In this document: piece after piece, positions 1 to 11,900 of the stretch | Layout: the number at the start of each line of letters is the position of its first letter | Numbering within the stretch: the stretch's first letter is position 1 | Origin: Anolis carolinensis | Lineage: Eukaryota | Direction of reading: 5' to 3' | NCBI RefSeq assembly: GCF_035594765.1 | Contig: NC_085846.1 | Location: 31,483,190 to 31,547,189 of the forward strand | DNA length: 64,000 nt | Notes under the pieces: model-generated | The model's input: only the letters and a program-made list of their open reading frames with translations | Databases searched by the model: none | What the model was told of the DNA's origin: nothing | Program-made: the position numbers and the translations under genes

Positions 1-699
1 CACTCAGCATATGTTCTAAAGAGTCAATTTAATTGCTTCAGTAAATATAGAGTAGGACTAGGAATCATGGAGCCTCCAGATATTGTTGGACTGAAAATCC
101 CAGAAGCCTTCACCAACTCTGGTATTGGGGGTAAATTTTAGTATTTCTAGTTCAAGTATATCTGGAGGACTTTATGATTACTGTCTTTACTCTAGAATTT
201 TGATAGTTAATCCTTACTAATAAACAAGTCTAGTCTACCCAGTTAGGTAACAGACAATGGGAAGAAAGAATGTCCGTCTACCTAACCTTACCCTCTATTG
301 GGAATTGCGGTTTGTTTTTCTAGTTTGTCTTCAAGTCATTTCTGACCCCTGGCAACCCTAAGGTGAACATATTTCATGGTTTCCTTTGCCAATTTTTCCC
401 AGGGAGGCTGCCATTGCTTTCCTCTAAAGCTAAGGGTGTGTGACTTCCCCAACTAAGGTACTTGGTGGGTTTTGTCCTACCTCCTATAATATCTCTAGTT
501 GGCCTCAGGTGTAATGAAAAATGTTGTGTCATCACCAATGTTGACATAAAATTCAGCTGCCATTCTGGTTCATTTCACCTCATTATGGTGATGGCATCTT
601 GTTCTTTGCCTCAAAAAGCAAAATATGTACTTTGACACATATTTCTGACATGTACATATGGTCGTGAAAGCTTAGAAAGTGAAGAAAGTTGTCAGGAAG

Positions 700-960
700 A
701 GAATAAATTCATCTGAAATGTAGCATGGAGGAGAGTTCTCTTCCTAGAAGACAAGATGACTAAATTGAGACTGTTGTACTTTGGACATATCGTGAGATCA
801 CTAGAAAACATAGCAATTCTTGGTAAAGTGCAAGGCACTAAAAAGCAGTAAGACCTATTACAGGTAGATTGACTCAGTCAAGACATCCATGGTTCTGTTT
901 TTGCAAGACTTGAGCACAGCTGTTGTTCATGGTGGTCTCTCATTCATACGGTCACTGTTC
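700..960 (+). mobile_element. Degenerate RTE/BovB-type LINE 3' fragment
   Basis: Remnant frame resembling the RTE ORF C-terminus (KMTKLRLLYFGHIVRSLE...ILGKVQG). Confidence 0.5.
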
Positions 961-1752
961 TGTCATGCGCTGGGCCTGTGACTGATTGTCTGTTATATAA
1001 GACGTACTCTTTACGCCCAGCGGGAAGCCAGGGTGCCTAAAGAAAGGTCGTTGAGGAATTTCCCTGAAAAGATGGCCTTGAAGTCTTTTAAAGAAATAAC
1101 AAAGTCTTTATTGACGAACAAATAATAAATCTTCAAGGAGTCTTGTCCCACAGGACAGGCGATTGGCTTTGAATAACTGTGAAAACCCTCTTATAACCCC
1201 TCCCAGGCTATCTGTTATCTGGGCCTAGCTGGCTGGTCTGGGACCCACTGCCAACTCCAAGTGCGTCTGGTTGTTGAGTGGACCTACCAGCCAATGGTTT
1301 GCAGATGTTTCTGTGCTGTTGTTCTGTATCCCCGGACAGTCTTTATCCCTGGTGTTCTTTATCCCCGGTGGTCTTGAAATATGAAGCTTTTTACAGGACG
1401 AGCTGGTCTACGTCCTATAGATGAGCTTCCTAAGTGAGACTAACTTAAAAATGGCTCCTTCCCTCCCAGAGCCCTGAACAAGGGGCGGAACCAAACTTAA
1501 TGATGATTGACAGGTGGCCTGTCCTATGAATGCAAACATTTGCAGCAAGAAAATAAAGTAGAAGGTTCTGGTACAGCTGTACCAGCACAGTCACCATAAG
1601 CTGAAGCTGACTTGACAGCAAACCACCACAAAGGCTCTAGGAACTTTATTGGATGAAATATAAGAAACCATTGCCTTACATGAGCTTCCCTGAAGTCATG
1701 AAAACAAAGTCCAAGCTGCTCCCAGCAGAAGGAGTTGTACAAAATATTGATA
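961..1752 (-). mobile_element. Probable solo LTR
   Basis: Begins TGTCA and ends TGATA, with a near 5-bp TSD (tgttc/ttttc). AATAAA is on the minus strand near 1108. It interrupts the RTE fragment. Confidence 0.5.
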
Positions 1753-4700
1753 TTTTCCCCATGTGACTGCCAGGTTCACAAATAGAGGTGGGGAGGAATC
1801 ATGTTATATTTTCTTTTATTTCAAAAATACAGCACTATGAGCTAATTTACTTTGTTAACTGAATTCAAAGTTGTTTAAAGACAAGTTACAAAACAAAAAA
1901 TAGGGGATTGCATGTGTTTATGCTGCCAGGGAAAAATGTACTCTTCATAGATTAAGTGACACTCATTCATACATTCTTGGACTGAATCCAGCATCAGGTG
2001 CATATTTTGGATCTGAGTCCTAATTCAATTAAGCTCTGGCTATATTACTGGAATTTGAAAACGTATAGTGATATTTTACTCGGTGGGTAAATAATAACAC
2101 TAAGTAGGCAGGCAATAGATTGGAACGGGACAATTATGGCTCATCAATAGGTAGAATATTTCAGAGGAAGGGCCAATGGGACTTCTGTCTGGATGAAGCT
2201 TGGGAAAGTTACTATGGTATTTTACTTTTCAGAATCTTTCATCTAGAATGAATGGTGGCTAGATTGGCTCAGACATTCTGGGTGGTATGGTCCAGAAAGG
2301 TAACTGTTAGAAGATTTCAAAATACGGACAGGCTCATATGAAAGAAAACGGACCTTCAGATAATTTGGACCTAATAAATTGATCTTTATGATGTTGCAAA
2401 TCCAGTCATTTCCTCCTCTCCGTCTATATAATTGTTCACTGATGCACTATTCCTCTTGGCCCTGTTTTACATTGCCACATAATGTGGCATAGGAAACGGA
2501 TTAGCCAGGGGTGTCCAAATGATGCTCCTGGCTAATCCAGTTCAACCTGGAATAAACCTGATTATCCAGGTTCATTCCAGGTATAAGCAATACATTTGAA
2601 GGTCCAGAACTTCCTAGAAGATCCAGACTTTTACATGTATGTAGGCAGTGCACGATCCCAGGAGACAATCCTCCTCTTAGACAGCTAGGGGAGGAGGGGT
2701 GGTAGTGCTAGCCTCCCCTTCCTACCCCACCCCATGTAACCCTTAAAAATAAAGCAAAAGCCTATGTGCGAAGACAGAAGTCTGCCTTAGCTTCCTGACA
2801 CCCGAATATGCTGCCCTGATGTTTTGAGAGGGGAGAGGGGAATCCCCTCTCCAAATCTCCATACCGTCATTCCTTCCTCCACATGGAGACTTTTCCTTTA
2901 TTTTTAAGGGCTAGTTGAGGGGCAGGGAGGCGAGGGGTATGATGGGTGGGTATCTGCCCACCTCAGGCAAAAAAGCAGGATTTGGGCTCGCTGTCTGCCT
3001 GCAAAATACAAAAGGAGATTCTTTTTAAAATGCTGGTTTCTCTCTATTTTGTTCAGTGTAGAAGGGTCTGTGTTATGGCTTATAGCATATTCATTTTCTT
3101 CTTTTAAAACGATGTGTGAAGTGTTCTGTTATTTTGTTTGTTTTGTTTCCATATCTTTCTGGCAATGTTCTATTAAGTTGGACCTATTGCTATGTAATCT
3201 TGTAACTTCTATAAATCTGGTGTGGAAAGCCTGTTTCACTTTGGTGGAATTTTTCTATTTCTCCTTCATGAGAGCTTAGGTATTTAGCTTATCTTCAGAC
3301 ATACCTCTCATAGTAAATATTAGGGCATTCATCTGGCATTCTTGGGATTGTTAAAGTCTGATACAGAAGCTGTTCTGTTTCTTTCAGTCACTGTGGCTGG
3401 ACTGTTAAAATCAACTTTATTTGTTTATTTATTTGTAGCATTTTTGCCCTGCTCTTAAGCAGCAAAGAGGGCTTGCACAACTCCACTTGGTGTGCCAGCT
3501 ATGACCTGTCCTGAGTTGAACTGAATTGGGAAGAATCATCCATAATATGGTTGACCCTATACTTTCACGTGTTTCATTTTGCAATTTGGGTTATTTATGG
3601 ATTGTTTAGTGTCATCTTTGCTCCCTTGCAACAGACTACAAGCCTGGTGAGAATGAGATACATTACAAATGCTGAATTCATCAACAGGAGTAGTGAACTT
3701 TCAGATAGTGTGGCCACAACTTCCTTAATCCCTTACCATTGATTATGTTGGCTGAAGCAACAATAGCACAAAATTTGCAACGACTAAAGGTTCATCTGCA
3801 TACATGAGTTCAATTTTGCCTGTCTCCATTATGTACCTGCACTTCTGGGAGGGGTAAACTGGGGATGCTTTAAAGTTTGCTTGAAATTTCAGAGCAATAA
3901 TGGAATCAGGTTGATTTGGACCAGTCCACTGTCCACACAGGGCACCATTACAGCTGCCATTGCTGCTCCCAGTTGGCCGTAGAGTTCAAAGTGAGCTCCT
4001 GTTCATTGTGGATGACCCACCAACAGATGCACCCACACAACAGGTAAAATGTTGGAGAGATGGGCCCCCTCCAGGTTTCTGGTTGTGAGGAGGAAGTCAA
4101 TCTCTCAAACCAGTAAAGCTGATTTAATCTTGGTTTGACTTGATCATGTAGATTACAACCTGCTAATGCACATAGTTGGCTCTGGGGTCAATCTAGGGTA
4201 CTCCTGCTCTGGCTTGGCCCTAGGTTTACTGTCCTCTGTAGACATGCCCATTATTTGAATGGGACCTATAATGTCAGTTTTGACAACTGAGGACATGACA
4301 GCTTCAGGAGACCCCAAAAGCTAGCAAATTGCTGTGCCCTGACAAATAGTTATTATTGACTGCTTCCACTGAGGTTGTGTGTATGTAGGTTTAAAAAACT
4401 AAACTGAACTGGATTACTTAGCACAAACTTTGCTCAAAGGAATGACCAAGAGCCCGGGGTTCATTTAAGTAATAACAAACATCAGTTCCAAATCCTCTTA
4501 AATATAATCTCACCAAGCTGGTATTTCTCTCTGCTTTCTTTCTCCCAGTAAAGAGGGAAATTAAAAGTTAAGAACTATCTTCAAAGGGAGTAGTGTGTGT
4601 GTGCCTCACTGACTGTACAGTGAGAAACGCTTGAGCTGGCTAAAACTCTTAATATTCAATAACCTTTCCAGATGTGTACCTTCTTCCTGTTTGTAGAGAT

Positions 4701-5484
4701 GACAAATTTTTCAGAATGTATAGCTCATGTTCACAAAGAAAGAAAACTAAGAGTTGTGATGGTAAGTGCAGACAGCTTGTAGACAAAGGCCAATGGTGAA
4801 CTCTAATGCTGTTGCAAAGTGATCTCCACTGCCCACTTAAATGTCTTGCACTGAAAATTTTCATATACAAGGAAGCCTTATCACACTGTTTGAATTCCAC
4901 TTCTCTCAGTCTTGGGAGAGTAGCTGACTGTTAGCACTCTATATCCTTAACAGCACCATTTGCATACTTTCCCCCATATTCATGTCGTCATGAATGCATA
5001 CTCTTGCGCCTCACACCTCACTTCATTGTTGGTCTGACTATGTTTTTTTTTAAAGTAGCTGAAATAATATGATGGCAAGACATGTTATAATGCTATGATG
5101 ATATAATAGCAAACAAACCCAGAAATTGGAAGTGGAAATTAAAAGCAGTAGAAATGGTCTGGGGCTTCTCTGTCAGACATTTTATTGTGAATCCTTGACA
5201 TATCATAAAGGCTGGAGAACAAACCTTGAAAAGATGTCAGTATAGTTTTTCTCCTGGCATATTGTTTTATGCCTGTTTCGATTCCAGAGGCATAATTCAA
5301 TGTCCCTGGCCATTCTGCAAAGTCCTAGGCAGCCAATTTCCAGGATACATGAACCTATGTGCTTGAATATTGATTCCATCTGAGCAGTCATTCAATAAAA
5401 CTGCTTGCAACACTGAAAGCACCAAAGATTTGTGTACACATTGTCACAAGTATGTCTTACTTTTCCAGCCATGTTTCACTTCGT

Positions 5485-5884
5485 CCAGTGGAACTCTCTG
5501 CCCCGGACTGTGGTGGAGGCTTTTAAGCAGAGGTTGGATGGCCATCTGTTGGGGGTACTTTGAATGCGATTTCCTGCTTCTTGGCAGGGGGTTGGACTGG
5601 ATGGCTCATGAGGTCTTTTCCAACTCTACTATTGGGCCCGGGCTGTGGCGCAGGTGGGAGAGCAAGCCAGCTGCAATTAACTGCAATGAATCACTCTGAC
5701 CAGGAGGTCATGAGTTCGAGGCTGCTCGGAGCCTATGTTTGTTTGTCTTTGTTCTATGTTGAAAGTCATTGAATGTTTGCCATATGTGTAATGTGATCCG
5801 CCCTGAGTCCCCTTCGGGGTGAGAAGGGCGGAATATAAATGCTGTAAATAAATAATTCTATGATTCTACGATTCTATGATTCTA
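5485..5884 (+). mobile_element. CR1 LINE 3' end interrupted by a tRNA-SINE (5633-5853)
   Basis: The 3' UTR matches the CR1 copies at 19.8 and 46.2 kb; the (ATTCTATG)n tail resumes after the SINE. Confidence 0.85.
5633..5853 (+). mobile_element. tRNA-derived SINE with L2-type 3' tail (Anolis SINE2-like)
   Basis: A box TGGCGCAGGTGG, B box GTTCGAGGC and (TAAA)n tail; near-identical copies at 15032 and 40649. Confidence 0.85.
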
Positions 5885-6559
5885 AGGATGGCTGAGTAAG
5901 GATCAAATATTTTTCTATTAGAATTCAAGTCTAATACCGCTACACCATATTTGCTCTCAAATCCTATTATTATTCCTCACTTAAGAAGACACATTGAATC
6001 AATTCAATTTACCATTGGTGAATATCTAACATAGTACACTTCACTAGTTCAGTAGGTCTATTTTAGTTAGAACTAACCAACAGGATTCCAGTCATTGTGT
6101 TCTTTTTGAAAAGGAATGATCATGATGAAAGAAACTGAAAGAGAGAAAGCACATGCATTTGATTACCCCCTAAAAATATGTATTTTCCTTACCTTGTCGA
6201 AAAATGTATGAGTTTGTGTATTCTTTACAGCTCCAATTCCATTAGCATGAAAATCTGGAAAGAGAACTCTGTGGACAAAAGAGCACTCAAAAGCACCGCT
6301 GAAAGATGTTGGATCCTATTTGATCTGTGCATCTCTAACCTGACCTTTAGCCAGTACTAACCTAATATTCAGCTGCCAATCCAATTGATTCATTTACATG
6401 ACCCTGGGTGATGCCAGTCTGTTCTTTGTTTCAGATAGCAAATTGTTTTGAGTTGGCACTGGTTAGAGATGTCACGAATACTCAACAATTTCTCATCCAA
6501 TAAGAAAGTATGACTCATCCAATAAGGAAATTTCTCATCCAATAAGGAAATGATAACAC

Positions 6560-6853
6560 TGACCAACACACATTTGGTACCTGAAGTGCTACACATATAT
6601 CTGGTTATATTTGACCTGCTGATTCCAAAAATGGCACCAGTTTTCTCCTACCAGTTCTAGTTTTTAAGATACAGAACATATGCCATATACTTTTCTTCAT
6701 GTGTTCATCCATAAGAAATCATGATAATCATATTTGACAAACTAGAGTTGATGTGATCTATTCAATGCTATTTTTTTGAATTAGCACCCTAAATAACCCC
6801 CAGGAACAGGCCTAAAAAACCAAGACACCAGTAATTTTTTTGTTGGACTGTGT
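6560..6853. mobile_element. DNA transposon remnant
   Basis: Shares sequence (gatacagaacatatgcc...caggaacaggcctaaaaa) with the interior of the hAT at 47171. Confidence 0.5.
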
Positions 6854-8702
6854 AATCGGATATCAGATTTTTTCTTTTCTTTTGGGGACTTTTATGTGGA
6901 AAAAATACAATTTTTTGTGCAATTTTTTTTGCACAACACAGTATTTTTAGTGTGTGCTATTTTTGCCCAAAAAGTAAAGGTGAAAAAAAATCAAAATGTA
7001 CAAAAATGATCATAATCCCATTCAGCAGGGGGAAAAACTATTTTAAAACTATTCTTTGTATGGTAAAATGCCATAGGCAAACTCTAGCACTGGATATACT
7101 CAACTCTGTGTGGGAGAGACGTCATTTTCATTACGTTTGTTAGAACCACAAAGAAAGACTGATAAAATATATAATTATGCCCAGAGAGAGAACTAAATTA
7201 ATATCAACACTAATTAGCTTCGTCCCAAACAGAGTAAGTAAATATATAAGAAGCACATCTGAAAGTAACACCTTGTGGAAGAGTCACACCCTTCCCACAC
7301 AATATGAGGAAAATGTTGACTGGTAAAATTATTTTCATGTGTAAAGAAAGGTGGTTATTAGGAGAACAGAACCTGTAATGTAGGGAAACAGCTATGATTA
7401 AATCTAAGGCTGAAAATAAAATGGGAAATATAGTTTCCTTTCAAAATCCTGTGTATGTGTGTGTCTGTAGTTATGTGTAATAGAGAAAAAGAGAGACAGA
7501 TGGTTCTGTCTTTTGAAAGCGACTAGGATGAAATGTAGAAAAGACCCAAGAGGCTACCATCCCCTCAAATTTTCAGTATATATTTTGGTGTGAATGTTTT
7601 TCATTGAAGTCAGTATTATGTAGTGCTTTGAATATTAGACCACAACTACAAAGACCAGAGTTTGGTTCCCATAATGATACTGACTTGAAAGCACATAGCA
7701 GCAACAATTTTCATTGGAATTTTAGCAGTTTATTCAATCATTCACTTAATTCACTTGATGTTTGTTTTTGGCTACAATGTTTTGATAGTTGGTTTCAGTA
7801 TTCAGTCCTGTTATTCCACCAAGTTTCCATTTCTTCTTTCTGAGGCCAGCAAAGAGAGCGATCTCAGTCAAAAAGGAGTCATGTGATGAAGATAACACCA
7901 TAACAATATGATAGAACTAATAAAATTTAATTACAAGATGATGTCTTGAAGCCCAAATCAGGAAATGAAAGAGTGGGACAATGCCTCAAGGAAAAGTAAC
8001 ATGGGTGATCCCACCGCATGAAAGGATCTTAAAATGAACAGTGTGGCATTACCATATTGCATAGTTAAGACAGATACCTTATTCCCCATCTAGACTGACT
8101 ATTTAATGAAGTTCAAAGCTAGTGTCAAACTGTGGTGGCCAGACAATAAACACTCACAAAAGTGGATGAAAGAAATCCCTTAATGCACAACAGTGCTCTT
8201 TGGTTTGTGTAATCACCACAATCAAACTGGTTTCAGGATTTCCTATCTAATCATCAGTACAGAGAAACTTTCACCTATACCAGTTTGAAAATGTTTTAAA
8301 TGGTCACGGTAGATGTGACCTTGATGACTTGATATCACCGATCAAAGACATTTCAAGGAACAGCAAGTTCAGTAAATATTTATTCAGGAGTCCAAAACAT
8401 TTAAGAAATGGGATAAAAATTGTCACACAATATTTTTGCACCCCACCCGCATAAAATTGTTGAACTGGGACTCTGCTGAGCAGAGTTTTCTTAGATTTTC
8501 CACAAGATTTCATTTAAGCTGCCAGTCAAAAATCGGTTAGCTCAGGGGAGCTTTGCATCCTTCTGTAGGCAAAAGGGAGACAATTATTCTGTGCGGTTCC
8601 AGTGTTGCCAACACACTCACACAAACCACACAATTCTCTTTGTATTTTTCCCAAGGAGCTGCTGACACGTGCAGCATCTTCTCTGAATCCCATGATATCT
8701 GC

Positions 8703-8840
8703 AGGCAGCTTGCCTTTGGGAAATTCTCCTTGGAACGAATAATTACAGCATCCAATGCTATGAATGTAGAAGGGGAGGAGAAAAACCCAAAGGAAGGAGC
8801 ACAACCAGTATTGGTGACACCCTACGGAGAAAGTATAAAT
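8703..8840 (+). promoter_or_regulatory. Keratin A proximal promoter: AGGCA-N3-TGCCT palindrome, GGTGACACCC box, TATAAAT
   Basis: TATAAAT at 8834-8840, ~100 nt upstream of the ATG; the same motifs recur at matching positions in the paralogous promoters. Confidence 0.75.
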
Positions 8841-8938
8841 CCAGATTGGTGCGAAGTGGAGCCCAGCAGTCTTAACTTCAACTCCAAGGGTGCTTCTTTC
8901 TTTCTGCTTAACCTTAGAGAGCCTCCATCCCTTTCGCT

Positions 8939-11900
8939 ATGAGCAGTGGTACAAGGCACACTGTTGCAACACCTGCGAGAAGCAGCAGTGGGAGCAGCAC
9001 CCTAGGTGGAGGACGGGCAGGGGTCGGCTCCGTCTCCTCTGGACGGTACGCTGCCAGTGGGATCAGCAATGGGAGAAGTAACTTCTCTGTCCGGAGTAAT
9101 ACAGGAGCAGTTTCCCCCTGTACCCATGGGCCAGGAAGAGGCCATTTCTCAAGTGGCAGCTGCAGTGGAATGTTTGTCGCTGGTGGGCATGTAGCAGCAA
9201 GTGGCTATGGGGATGGCTCTCATGTTACGAATCCTGCTGCAAGAAATACTGTAGTTGGTGGTGCTGGTGCTGGTCATCCAACTGTGGTCGGAGGTACTGG
9301 CCATGCTATTCCTGGTGACATGGCAGCGGGTGCACATGTGGGCATGCCTACTGGTGTAGTTGGTGGTATGGTAATGGGTGCTCATGGGGGCATGCCTGCT
9401 GGTGTAGTTGGTAGCATGGGTAGTGTAGCTGGAAGTCCTCATCCCAGTATGGTAGCTGGCAGTCCTCATCCCAGTATGGTAGGTGGCAATCCTCATCCTG
9501 GTATGGTAGCTGGCAATCCTCATCCCGGTATGGTAGCTGGCCATTGTGGTATGGTTGGGGGTTTACCTGCTGGTATGGTAGCTGGCATGGGGGGTATGAT
9601 GGGAGGTGGTCATGGAGGCATGATGAGTGGGGTAACCAGTGTGATGACTGGACCGATTTTGGTTAGTGCAGTGGGTGGTGAGCCCATTGCTTGTGCAAGT
9701 GTGTTCTCCAGCTTTGATGGAAAAATGACAATGCAGAACCTCAATGACCGACTGGCCAGCTACCTGGACAAGGTCCGATGCCTGGAGGAGGAAAATGCTG
9801 ATCTTGAATCTCGAATCAGGGAATTTTATGCTAAGCAAGGACCCCTCTCTGAACCCAAGGATTACTCTCATTACCATCAACAAATTGAAGATCTTAAAAA
9901 CCAGGTAAAATGTCAGTGCTTAATTTCTTTTTCATTACTTTCATGCAGTTGTGATAGGTGACTTCCATATCAGTGGGATGGTGAATCCACTTTGGGTATT
10001 AATCCAAATTTGAAAGGAACTCTTGAAGCTGCTGACCCCACTTGGGGGGGGGGTGTAATTCTTTCAAAGTTCAGAGTTAAATCCAGAATAGGTTTATTGC
10101 TCTGCTCACATACCAGTGACTACCTCTATTTACTGGCTTTTGTCCAGTAAAAAGCAGGCTCTTGGACTTGGGTTTAAATCAGAACATCAATGCAAAAGAT
10201 GGACCTCAAAGGGTTTTAGATGTGTTCTTAACTTCCCATATTATTTTGCTCAATGTATGTTTCCGTTATTCCCAAACTTGATATTTTCATTCTTTGAAAG
10301 GAATAATTGAAAAATAAATTGAGATGTGTGAATCCTTCTGCCCTCCAGAATTTGCTGAACTGCAACACAGTATTTTTCACCACTGACTATGTTGGCCAGT
10401 GCTGCTGGGAGTTGTATTCCAATAATATCTAGAGGACTGCATGGTTCCCAGTAGAATCAGTTGGTGATTACTGTGACATTGGGTTAGTCAATCCAATCCA
10501 GGTTTCAAATGAGCTTTCCAAGGTGCTAAACCTTCTAAAAGTATGTTTGAGAGTTCCCTGAAAACTATTTAAAACCTGGGGTGCTTTCATTACCCCCCAC
10601 TGGCATGAAAATCACTAGCTCACATTGACCACCTCATCATATGGCTCAAATTAAGCGTCGTCGTCTGTGTTTGCTTGAATGGTATGGTGCAATTACACCA
10701 TGAGCTGCCATTCACCAATTTAGCCCCTGAAAAAAAGATGGCATATAAGGAAATTAAGTTGATGTCACACAATTGTGATTTTGTAGTCCCAAAGACAGTG
10801 GAATAAATATTGAGTGGTAACCCTACTTCCAAAATGATGTAATGCGCAAAATGGATGAACACAAGGCTATATTAGCTCTTAATGAAATAAAAAAATAGAT
10901 AGTGAAGTCTTTCAGTCAGCAAGCATGCTATTTTCTGGTTTAGCTATGTACTGATATATCAGAGTAAAGGACTTTTGCAGGATATTAGGTTAGTAAATGC
11001 CTGGCACTGAGGTGTACACTCTAAAACTCTTAGCTGATCTTCATGTGTAGGCAATGATGGCTAGTGGGTTCCATGTTTGTGTGTTGAGCAGTTTTTTATA
11101 GGCTATAATCCAAACTTTAAAGGTGCAATCCAAATTGCTGAATCTATTCAAGGTATTGATATTACCCCTAGGTTCAGTAACTTGAGAGTTTCTACTGAAC
11201 TCTGAAATGGATTAATCATACCACTAACATATGCACCACCAGCTGCCACTGTATATGAGAGAGATATATGGTCTTATAATTGGCCTCTCAACATTTTGCC
11301 TTTATGCAGCTCATTTGTACAAGTGTGGAGAACAACAAACTTCTTCTATGCATTGACAACAGCAAGCTGACTGCTGATGACTTCAGGACCAAGTGCGTAT
11401 TTTTCAGATAATATGGGAACAACTGGGGGTGGGGGTGGAAGGGACATTAATTCTATTGAGGCCCACTTTCTGGATGAAAGAGTGATCAGATTCCCAATAT
11501 CCCTAATCATTGGTCAAGACAGTTGGGGCTTCTGGGAATTATTTCAGATGCCCCAAACATCTGGAATAATATTATTATAGAATCACTGTTGTAAGGCATA
11601 CAAGTGGGACTATAATCCAACATGCCTGGCAGCAAAGCCAACATTGTAATTAGCTCAGAAGCCAACTTTTTTGCTGGGTACTTTTGCTGGGTACTAGTTG
11701 ACGTTGGGGAAATCACACTGTCAAACTTAGAAGAAGGCAATGACAAACCTCCCCTGAACAAATCTTCCTGAGAAAATAGTATGATAGAGTTTATTTCAGG
11801 TAACCATAAGTTGAAACAACTTGAAAGTATGCAACAAGAACCAATCTAGTAGCAGGACAGTGATATATGTCTCTCACAATGAATGGGGAAGCTGGTCTTC

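Noticed and set aside
5633-5730. tRNA gene suggested by A/B boxes
   Set aside because: Head of a multi-copy SINE with no intact cloverleaf.
8553-8942. 129-aa ORF overlapping the keratin A start
   Set aside because: It spans the promoter and TATA box upstream of the expected TSS and shows no recognisable homology.
9149-9883. Antisense ORFs with ASYHTGMR repeats
   Set aside because: Reverse-strand shadows of the keratin A exon 1 repeat.
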